Shown in pieces: positions 53,856 through 64,000 of a stretch of DNA of 64,000 bases (positions are counted from its first letter, which is position 1; each line of letters starts with the position of its first letter). This DNA comes from Eledone cirrhosa. Its lineage: Eukaryota. The notes under the pieces are model-generated. The model was not told the DNA's origin. It searched no databases and saw only the letters and a program-made list of their open reading frames with translations. The stretch spans positions 328,724,001 through 328,788,000 of the forward strand of contig OZ024741.1 of assembly GCA_964016885.1 (NCBI GenBank). Reading direction: 5' to 3'. The translations under genes were made by a program, and so were the position numbers.

Positions 53856-54210
53856 TGAAAACAAAAACATCTGAATATGAGAGGAGGCAAATGTAAAAAA
53901 GTATATATTTGAAGCTAGCAATGTTCATCAGGTTCTTGTATATATGGAGCTGGAAATGTCTCTCTTTGTTCAAATAATATCTCACGAATAGCGGATGTTG
54001 GTGATATTTTCTTCACCTTAAAGATTCTGTTTTATGCTGTTGTTTTGTCTGTGGTGATGATGAAAGTTTAAATCCAAATTCATTTAATGGTAAAAAGAAC
54101 TTCAAATAACAAAAGTGTTCCAGTAACAGATCCAATAACTTAATAGAGGTCGATATTATTAGTAAAATACTTTAAAATGCAATTAATCTTTCGATTAAGT
54201 GATTTTAAAA

Positions 54211-54397
54211 TAATTGTTTCTACTTTTTGGCACAAGGCCAGCAATTATCCCAGTGTATTACTGGTACTTTATTTTATCGACCATGTAAGGATGAAAGGCA
54301 AAGTTAAAGTCGGCGGCATTTGAACTCAGATCATAAAGGGTCGTAACTCTATGCGGCAAAGTCCGACTCGCTACCGATACTGCCAATCCACCCTCTA
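54211..54397 (-). mobile_element. tRNA-derived SINE copy (family A)
   Basis: Very similar to 10396-10545 and to the reverse complement of 16412-16597. Confidence 0.8.
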
Positions 54398-55579
54398 GTG
54401 ATTTAAAAAGAATGATCAAACGATTGTTTCATCATTGGAGGTTTTGCTCTACAGTTTCTATTAAAGTAGTATCAGTATAATACATGTTGATCATGTACAT
54501 CCGCTTTGGTCTTGTAACATGTAACGTGAACACAAAGAATATCAGGTTGATTAGATTGTACTTTTTCAGAAATTGGTTTCATTCCTTCAAGATTTCTGCT
54601 ATTCTTCATTTTTGTATGAGCAGCTGAATGATTTATTATATGGCCATAATAAATCCAAATTATCTTGATTGTAATATTTTATCAGCAGGTGCAATTAGGA
54701 CAATAATACTTTCCATTAAAGTGAACAGAACTGCAGCAAATGTGAACTTTGTGTTAGACAATATGAATAATTATCCTTTAATTTATATGCCACTCACCAT
54801 ACCAACGTTGTGTCTATATACCAGCAATCCGTGGTTGACAGAAAAAAATCATACATCGGTTTACGACAAATTTGGTAGCGCGTTGTGTACCTGTTACAGG
54901 TTTCGTTACTTGGAATTCAAATTTTGTGTCATCCATTCCGGTTCGATAAATAAAGAACCAGACCTTAAACGATGGTTTAGCGGAATTTGAAAGAGTTTGC
55001 CGGGGTACGTTGCGGTCTCTGATCCAGCTAAGCGCCTCCGGAATTCAAACCTTGCCTCTTTCTGGCAGGAGTTTCGACCGGAAGATAATATCAGCAATAG
55101 AGAGATCAATGGAAGCATTATTTCCTCGGTTCCATCTAGAGATAGATTCCTTTCCTTCCTTTTCTTGTGTTAATCGCTATATTATTTCAGGGTTGTCTCT
55201 ATTGTCGACTGAATTAACAATCATCTATTGTAATTAGTATTTTAAACAATGTAGAGAAAGTAATTTTTCTGGGGGTATCTTGAATTAATGTCTGTACTCC
55301 TTCATTGAGCTAATTTATATTTCCACCATAAGTGCATTGTGGTAGCATTTTAGAAAAATCTATACCTGATTCACTTAATATCTGCAATGTTCTATTCATC
55401 TTGTAATGGACGTCCTGTTCATTATGTGAAATGCCTGGTGTATCCAGAAACAACACAAATATATCACAATATTATACATAACAAAACCCAATTAAAAAAA
55501 TATCCTGTTAATGTTTTCTATAGTTACATCTTGTGTGAAGATCCCATAACCGTAATTCCCTACATCTATTGAAAAACTA

Positions 55580-55610
<31 letters not shown>

Positions 55611-55639
55611 CTTCTTCTTCTTCTTCTTCTTCTTCTTCT

Positions 55640-57559
55640 AGGTGGGAGAGGCGCAGACATGCGCCATTCCGGACAGATCAATACACGACAACCTCCACCT
55701 CATGCGATACATCATAGAGAGGGTGGTTAAGGAACCTGGCACGGGTGGGTCGCTGATCAACTTGGATCAACCCAAAGCATTCGATAAGGTCGACCATCGG
55801 TACCTGGCGGCAGTGCTCGAGGCAGCCGGTTTCGGGCCCGTTTTCAGACGTTGGATCGCAGCGATGTATAGCAACATCTGCTCAGTTATGAGGGTGAACG
55901 GTCACCTGTCGCAGCCGTTCAGCATCATCCGCTCAGTCCTCTCGTCTCTCTTGTAGGTATTGGCTCTCGAGCCGTTACTGCACAAACTGGGAGCGATGAG
56001 GGGCGTCCCACGTGAACTAGGATGCAGGAAATCCGAGTCGGCTTACGCCGACGACGTCACCTTTGTGGTGTCGAGCACCAGACACATCAAGATGCTCGGC
56101 ACCGCTCTCAAGGAATACGAAGCGGTGATAGGAGCAAAGATAAACCAGGAAAGGTCGGTGGGCTTGCAGCTCGGCACCTGGAGAGGCAAGTCCATGCCGT
56201 CCGACAGCGTCGTGGGGCGTTGGACGGACGGACCGGTTAAATTGTTCGGAGTCTGGTTCGGACCGGACCTCCAGATGGAGAAAAACTGGTACGAGGTGAC
56301 GAGCAAGGTGGCCTCCCTCGCCGAGAGGAAGCTGTCCCTGATGCGTACATCGCATCCGTCATCTGCTACCGCCTCACCATCGTCCCTTGCTCCGGTCCAA
56401 CTATCACCAAAATGGAGTGCCTCCTCTTTCGCTTTTTGTGGAAGGGGCGCGCTCGCATGATCAGACGATCCATCTGCTGTCAACACCCGTTCCGTGGCGG
56501 ACTGGGCATGCCATGGCTGATGATGTGCAAACATGCGCTGAGGCTGCGACATCTCTGGTGCTTCCTTGACAGTGAACAGGTGTGGTCACAGCTCGCCAGG
56601 CACGTTTTCCCACAGCTCGTCTCCTTGACGGAGCTTCAGTCCTGGGTCAGAAAAAGACCGAGGGATAGCGCTTGGAAAATGGAATCTCTCCAGGCGCTCA
56701 CTAACCACTGCAAGCTGGGCACCAGTATCGGTGGAACATCCACCTCGCGTTTTATAGAGGACTATTGGAGAGGAAGAGCGACGACGTTCTCTGAGAGATC
56801 CAGGGCGTCGAAGAAGATCAGCTGTTTGCTCTCTTCCGGAGAACTTTCAGCCCAGAGCCTATGGATAACTTCCAAAAATCCCTGGCCTGGCAGTGCTACC
56901 GGGGAGCGCTGCCGGTTCGAGATAAGCTCTACAGGCACGGAAGTGCCGTCAGCCGAGCCTGTCCGAGATGCGCGCAGAGCGACGAAACCGTAGTGCACGC
57001 ACTCGTTCAGTGCCCGAGCATTGCTGACTTGTGAAGCTATGCCGAACAGTTGCTGTCGCGTGTAGGACTGATCCGGTTATCGACTAAGTCCATTGTGTAG
57101 ATGGTCTCTCCGTCTTCCTTCGAGGAGGAAGGGCAGGCGGTTTTTTCAAGTTTCACTTGAAGAGGAAAACTAGGGTGGAGAGGCAAGTTTGTTGAAAGGT
57201 GGGTGAATGTAGCGAGAATGGTCCGAGTGAACGGGACAGCTCTGAATATACGTTTGTAGATTGAGAAATTGAAAAATTGAGAGAGGGCGTTTGCCCTGGT
57301 GGTCATGGTGGCCGTGGTCTTTTGTGTGGTTTTCGCCAGGAGTAACCCTCGAAGGTTTCCTCCCTATTGGGGAATTTTTCATCGTTTCAATTTTCATTTT
57401 TATTGTTTATATATATATATGTTTCTATGTCTTTTTTTCTTTTCTTATATAAATAATAAAAATATTTACACGCACAAAACCCACATCGTACCGTCCTGTA
57501 CCGTCCTGTGGCATCTGTAATGTTTTTCTTGATGTCAGCCCTTGTGGCCAATAAAGAAA

Positions 57560-57561
<2 letters not shown>
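55640..57561 (+). mobile_element. 5'-truncated Tx1/L1-clade LINE (RT to 3' UTR)
   Basis: GEAQTCAIPDRSIHDNLHLMR, KAFDKVDH, YADD, CPRC; (CTT)n upstream, (TAT)n downstream; ends aataaagaaatc. Confidence 0.88.
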
Positions 57562-57594
<33 letters not shown>

Positions 57595-59504
57595 GTTCTT
57601 TGAGTCTCAGTGATTGATGTTAGTTAACTGGAAAGTTTGTTGAAATGAATATCAAGCCACTACCTGCAGCCTCAGATATTCAGGACGTATCGGAGAGTTC
57701 TTGCTGTTCCAGCAAGCATGCCTTTTGAAGTGTTCCAAAAAGCGGGTCGAGGCCAATTTTCTTTAACCATCCCTGGAAACTTTTTGAGATAGTACCTAGT
57801 GCGCCTATGACAATCGGGACCACTTTGACTTCATGGCAGTTCCAAATCCTTTTTACCTCCCACTTTAAGCCCGTTAATTCCAGTTAATTTTGGTTAATTT
57901 TCTCCCTCTCCTTCTCTTGCACTCTCGTGTCGAATGGGCAGGCCACATCCGCAATTAGGCACGATCTTTTTCCCTTGTCCAAAACAACCAGGTCAGGTCT
58001 ATTGTGTTCCAGTTTCTTGTCCGTCTGTATACTAAAATCCAACAGCATCTTCAACTGATCGTTTTCTATCACCGACTCTGGTTTATGCTCATACCACTTC
58101 TCAGAATGTGGTAAATTGTTTACTCTGCATAGGTGCCAGTGGATCACCCTGCCCATCACATCATGTCTCCAACCTTTATAGTGAATCTGGGCTAGGTGTT
58201 TACACTCAGATATAATGTGAGCCACAGTCTCCTCTCTCTCTGCACAGATGCTGCACAGTGGGCTAGCCTCCTCCTTGTAAATATGGTGTTTGAGCCACTT
58301 CGTTTTGAGGGTCTGCTCTTGCGCAGCCATTACCATTCCTTCTGTAGCCTTTTTAAGGTCTCCGCTGTTCAACCAGTTCCATGTCTTTGGATCTCTAAAT
58401 TCAGTTTTCTCAAAGAAGGCACTATGAAGGGATTTTTCATGAAGGTTGCTCTTTCTTCTTGTTGTTATTTCCTCCTTGAACATCCCCTGGTCTATTGTCC
58501 TCTCCTTCAGTACAATTCTGAGCATTGGCTCCCTACTATCAGTCACGTATTTGTGTAGGTTGTTTTTCTCCATCTGAACACAGTCCTCTATGCTGATAAG
58601 ACCTCTTCCACCTTCAGATCTCCTTAAGTAGAGTCTATCGACATATCTCCTTTTGTGGAACATGTAGATAGTCAATAGCTTCTTAGTCTTCCTATCCATT
58701 TCTTTTTGTTCAGCAACATTCCATCTCAGAATTCCTGCACTGTACCTAATAATGGACACCGCTCGGGAATTTACTGCACTTGTGACATTACTACTATTTA
58801 GAAGTGATTTTAATACGCTCCGTACTCTTCTAATGTATTCAGATCTTATCAATTCCTTCATTTGTTGGTTCTTGATGTCATCAGCCTCCAGAACACCTAA
58901 ATATTTGTATCCTTCTTCAGCAACAATTTCCTTTATCATCTCTCCTGTTGGTACCTGGATTCCGTTGCTTCTGCTCAATTTAACCCACTTCATCACAAGG
59001 ACTCCACACTTACTAATATACCAAATTGCATACATATATCATTGCTGAAAATACGGACAGTGTCAACAAGCACATCCAACTCCCTCTCATTCTTCCCGAA
59101 GAGCTTAAGATCGTCCATGAAGAGGAGGTGATTGCTGGTAAGCTCTCACTTTCCCAACTTGTATCCTGCTCTCACTTTTAGCAGTATAATGCTCAGGGGG
59201 ATCAGGGCAAGGACAAACAACAGAGGAGACAAACTAACTCCCTGGAAGATACCTCTCTTGATCCTCACGCCTCCCAAGGATTCTCCGCCCGATGTTAACT
59301 CTGTTTCCCAGGACTTCAAACTTTTGCTCAATAACTGTCTGATGTTATCTGCCACCATGAAAATCTCTAGGCTTTTGGTTATCCAAGAATGAGGTACCAT
59401 GTCGAGTGCCTTTTGTAGTCTATACATCCCATGGCAAGACCACTGTGTCTCCTCCTGCAATTCCTCATTACCATCTTATCAATAAGTAACTGGTCCTTTG
59501 TACC
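57595..59504 (-). mobile_element. 5'-truncated Dong/R4-like LINE
   Basis: GTKDQLLIDK, GIFQGVSLSP, LFMDDLKL, YKYLG, EGGRGL, CSIC..ETVAHIISEC, RHD, RPDLVV, ADVACP; 3' end at (TAA)n. Confidence 0.88.
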
Positions 59505-62500
59505 AAAAACAACACCAACAAAGACACGGACACCAACATCAAAAACAGCCGGACCCCCACCAACACCGAAACCAATCCAAGGGCAAAACGAGGAAAGCTC
59601 TCCCTCTCCCCCTCTCCCCCAATTATACACATAGACAAAACAATAAACGCACACACAGACACAGAGACACTCACAGCCCTTTGTCTTCCAGCAGCGAAGA
59701 TGAAGGAAAACCCAAAGGTACAAAAATAAAACAAAGAAAACTCACCAATAAAAAAAAGCCCAACAAAGCACAAAGACATACACAACAAAAAATATAGACA
59801 CTACTAACGCAAACACTTCCCCAATAACATCAGCACCAACAGCAACATCGACAGCACCCCCACAATCCCCGAAACGCAAACAACCTAAACAAACACAAGT
59901 ACAAATAAACACATAAATACCTGAAATTGCAGACACCACACCTACAACAAACACAGACATACCCGAAACAACGCCACCAAAACCATCACCACCACAGTCA
60001 CCAAAACGAAAACAAATAAAACCACACCAACAAAATGTTAAAAACTTCGTCCTTGTCAGAAGGGCCAACGATAAACTGATGGCCCTCTTAGCACGAAGCG
60101 AGGACATTCAAACAGAGGGGGAGATTTTTGAAATGAACACATTTTGCGTGCCAGAAGATTTGCTTCTGGTCCGAATGTCACTCGATTCCTTCAAACAAAT
60201 TCGAGAGAGCTTTCCTCAAGACGTGGGAACCCCGAATCTGAAACCCACATCGAGACTTTTAAAGGGGTTCCCAAAAGAAACCCCACCAACCATAGAAGAC
60301 CTTCACAAGACCCCGGGAGGTAAGTAAACCCTCCCTCTATCTTTTAGCTTGCCAACATGGCCATATTAAGATTATGAAGTTTAAATGTTCGCGGCCTGGG
60401 GTCACCCTGGAAGCAGGGTTGCCTGCTCAACGACCTCAGGTCGCTGGAAATGGATGTGATTGCCGTCAGCGAGACCATAATTTCCGACACGCGCGCACTA
60501 GCCCCCATTTTCGACGATTATCAGATCTTCGCATCTGTTAGCAGGCCGGGAATGGAGGGGGGAGCAGTGCTGTTTAGGAAATGAGTGGATCTCGAGGTAA
60601 GGTCGATCTTCGAGACTCGGACTGTAAGTTGGTGGTCTTGGATGTGAGCAGTAGCGAAGGTGGCGCCTTTAGACTGCTGGCCGTCTACGCCCCTACAGGG
60701 GCCGGACGACCGTACTTCTTAAGGTGTCTGGAGACCTTTCTGGGTACGTCTCGCCCTTTACTGTTAGCGGGGGACTGGAATGGCATCTTAGACGCACGCT
60801 GGGATTGTTTGGGAGTAGCCGAGGGGAGCGGGGGGTGCAAACGACTCAAGCACCCACTCAGCCAGTTCCAACATTCTGGCAGATATCGACTAGATTTCCC
60901 CAATGTGCCAGTATGGACATGGACCAACCGAATGGGGTCATCTAGATCGTATATAGACAGGATCTTCATTAGGAAAATAGCTAGAAATAGTGTAGGCTGC
61001 CCATTTTAAAACGGTCGCCTATTCAGATCACAAATTTGCTATCTGTACGGTCGACCTAGATAAAACGCGTAGGTTAGGACCGGGTTACTGGAAGCTGAAC
61101 ATGTCATTTCCGACACGTAAGGCTTACAGGGACCGAGTCAACAATTTAGTTAAGCAAAGGTTGACAGGGGGGATCATTAACAAAAGATTGTGGGGGCTCT
61201 CAAAAGAGAGATTAGAGTAACTTCGATAGAGTTCAGCAAAGAAGTAGCGTTAGAGAAAAATAGAAAGGAGGGGGAGCTGGTAGATAAGCTAGACGAGGCT
61301 ATTTGTAGTGGCATCGCAACTGACGTGCTAGCGGCGAGAATGGCATTAGACCATTTCTTCAATGCGAAACACGAAGGCTGCATTGTCAGAGCCAAGGCGC
61401 GTGCGTTGAGAAACGAGGGAACCAAAGTTGTTCGATGGGCCCGCGTGGCGGAGGCGCAGCGTGGTAATAAAACCACAATTCGGTCTTTGGCCGACCGAGA
61501 CGGACACGAGATAAGCGATTCCAAGCGGATGTGTGAGGCCTTTTGCCAGCACTTTGCTCGGTTGTTCGGGGAGAGTGGCGAGTCAGAGAGAGTAGCGGAT
61601 TTCAGTCCCTAAATTGACGGCTTGCCGCGCATCTCGACGGTCGACGCTGAGTGCTGCGAAAGGTCGATTAATTCAGGACGCCCTTTCGGCTGCATGAGGC
61701 GCAAGTCACCCGCTTTGGATGGTCTGCCCTACGAGCTTTACCTAAATATGCCAGACTTATTCTCCGATATCTTCGAAGCACTCTACTGCAACTGGCAGCA
61801 GAGTGGGAGTATTGCCAGTTCTGAGAGCAGGGGAGTGGTGACGCTGATAAGGAAAGACGAGAACAAGAGGGATACATTAGACAACTTCAGGCCCATAACT
61901 CTGCTAAACATAGAGTTTAAGATTTTGGCCAAGGTGTTAGCAAAGAGATTGGCGCTTGTCGTCGAGGATTTGGTTGGGGAGGCGCAAACTTGCGCATCCC
62001 AGCCAGGTCCATATACGACAATCTCCACCTCATGCGATACATCATAGAGAGGGTAGGGTGTAAACCTGGCTTTGGTGAGGCACTGATCAATTTAGATCAA
62101 TCGAAAGCATTCGATAGGGTCGACCATCGGTATCTGGAGTTTGTCCTCAAAGCAGCTGGCTTCGGCCCTCTCTTCAGAAGCTGGATCGCTGCAATGCACT
62201 GCAGCACACGCTCGGTGGTCAAGGTTAATGGCCACCTCTCGGAACCATTTCGGCTCTCCCGATCGGTCCGTCAAGGGTGCCCTCTCTCTTCCCTTCTGTA
62301 CGTATTGACTCTCGAGCTTTTACTGCGGAAGCTAGAGCTGTTGCAGGCCATCCCGCTCGAACCAGGACGTGGAAAGGCGGTGTCGGCTTATGCTGACGAC
62401 ATCACCGTGATGGTGTCGAACACCTCAGAAATCGAGGTGGTCGGCACCTTTTTGAAGGAATATGAAAGGACAGGAGCCAAACATAACCCGGAAAAGTCGG

Positions 62501-64000
62501 TGGGCTTGCAGCTCGGAACCTGGAGAGGCAAGCCCATGCCGTCCAACAGCGTTGTGGGGCGCTGGACGGACGGACCGGTAAAGTTGCTCGGGGTTTGGTT
62601 CGGAATGACCTCCAGGTGGAAAAGAATTGAGACGACGTAACGAGCAGTGTAGCCAGTCTCACCAAAAAATGGGCTGGGAGGAAGATATCCCTGAAAGGTC
62701 GCGCGGAGGTGGCGAATGCGTACATCGTGTCCGTCATTTACTACCGCCTGACCGCCCTGTCTTGCCCCCGTCCGCGCTTCGTCAAGTTGGAACGGCTCCT
62801 CTTCAAATTCTTGTGGAGGGGACAAATTCCGTTGGTGAGGCGGTCCATCTGCTGCCAGCACCCTCTACGCGGAGGGCTGGGCGTGCCGTGGCTAACGATG
62901 CGCAGACATGCGTTGAGGCTGCGACATCTCCAGATATTCTGCCTCAATGGTGAACAGGTGTGGTTGCCGTTTATCAGACGGGTCTTTCCGCAGCTGATTT
63001 CTTTGACTGAGCTGCAGTCCTGGGTCAAGAAGAGACCGAGACTGGCTGACTGGCACCTGGAATGTTGCCAGGCACTCACTGCCCTCTACCAAGCGGGCAA
63101 TGCGATCAGTGGTACTTCCACTCTCTAGTTCTATAGAGGATTAGTGGTGGGCAAGTGCAATGACGCACTCGGAGAAGCTTTGGGCCTCGACGAAGTCGAA
63201 CTGACCAGTCTGTACCGGAGGACTTTCGAGCCGGGGACGATTGACAATTTCCAGAAATCCCTCGTTTGGCAGTGCTACCGGGGGGCACTGCCGGTTCGGG
63301 AAGTGCTGGGAAGTGGTGTCAGGCGGACCTGCCCAAGATGCGCACAGAACGACGAAACCGTCCTGCACGCACTTGTCCAATGTCCGTGCATTACTGACTT
63401 GTGGAGTTATGTCGAACAGCTACTGTCGCGTGTGGAACGAATCCGGCTATCGGCCGAGTCCATAGTGAAGATTGACCCGCCGCCTTCCTTAGGTCAGGAA
63501 GAGCAGGAAATTTTCCTCTGTCTGGTGGTAGTTGCGAAAGAGGTTATATGGTGGACCAGATTAAAAGGACTGAAGACAGACACTTTTCTCTTCGGCCAAT
63601 CCCTCATCAACTTCTTCAAGTTTCACCTGGAAAGGAAGGTGAGGGTAGAGAGAGAAGTGCTACCCCACAGTACATTTGCTAAAAGGTGGATGAATGTGGC
63701 GAGAATGGCCCGTGTGAATGGGCCTACTCTGACCATGCGCCTATAGGCTAGCTAACTTGAGGAGAGGGGTGCCCTAGAAGCGCAGGGTGGTTCAAGATTG
63801 GTGGGGTACCTGAGTCACCCCTGGGTCGTCCACCCCCTATCAGGGAATTTATTTTGTTATATTTATGCTTAGTTTATTTTATATTTTTATATCTTCATTG
63901 TTAAATTAGTCTTGACATTGTGCACGTTTACTCGACCTTATTGTAAACCCCCACTGTCCCTGTCTTTGTATTGTCCCCTACATGTCAGCCCTTGTGGCTA
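59503..64000 (+). mobile_element. Tx1/L1-clade LINE (ORF1 tail, whole decayed ORF2, 3' UTR running to the window end)
   Basis: NVRGL, VSET, GDWN, SYIDR, SDH (APE); FRPITLLN, QGCPLS, YADD (RT); CPRC..H..C; ORF2 stop at 63746. Confidence 0.9.

Noticed and set aside
53870-53940. Minus-strand CTGATGA
   Set aside because: No downstream GAAA or stem III before the microsatellite
54628-55572. Short ORFs in non-repetitive-looking sequence as possible host exons
   Set aside because: No recognisable domain or consistent splice structure; needs RNA-seq or a homology search

Overview
AT-rich, gene-free, repeat-saturated animal DNA. The SINE families and the density of (TA)n/(TG)n/(TC)n/(TAA)n resemble octopus or other cephalopod genomes (inference). 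No host gene is supportable, and most ORFs in the track are microsatellite artefacts. All protein-coding remnants are transposon-derived: four Tx1/L1-clade LINE copies (+), three Dong/R4-like LINEs (-) in (TAA)n repeats, RTE-like and CR1-group fragments, three Penelope-like elements (PLEs; RT plus C-terminal GIY-YIG) with tandem or inverted pseudo-LTRs, a Neptune-like PLE fragment, Helitron remnants and many tRNA-derived SINEs. The most striking signal is a dense set of Type I hammerhead-ribozyme (HHR) motifs at about a dozen loci, several in more than one copy, from roughly ten sequence families that look unrelated. They occur in the PLE pseudo-LTRs and in many short non-coding, (TA)n-flanked fold-back or tandem elements that look like retrozymes or non-autonomous PLEs. 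Several have ~50-100-nt stem II insertions, palindromic stem III (dimer-type) or a CCGANGA core variant. All folds were done by eye and activity is untested.
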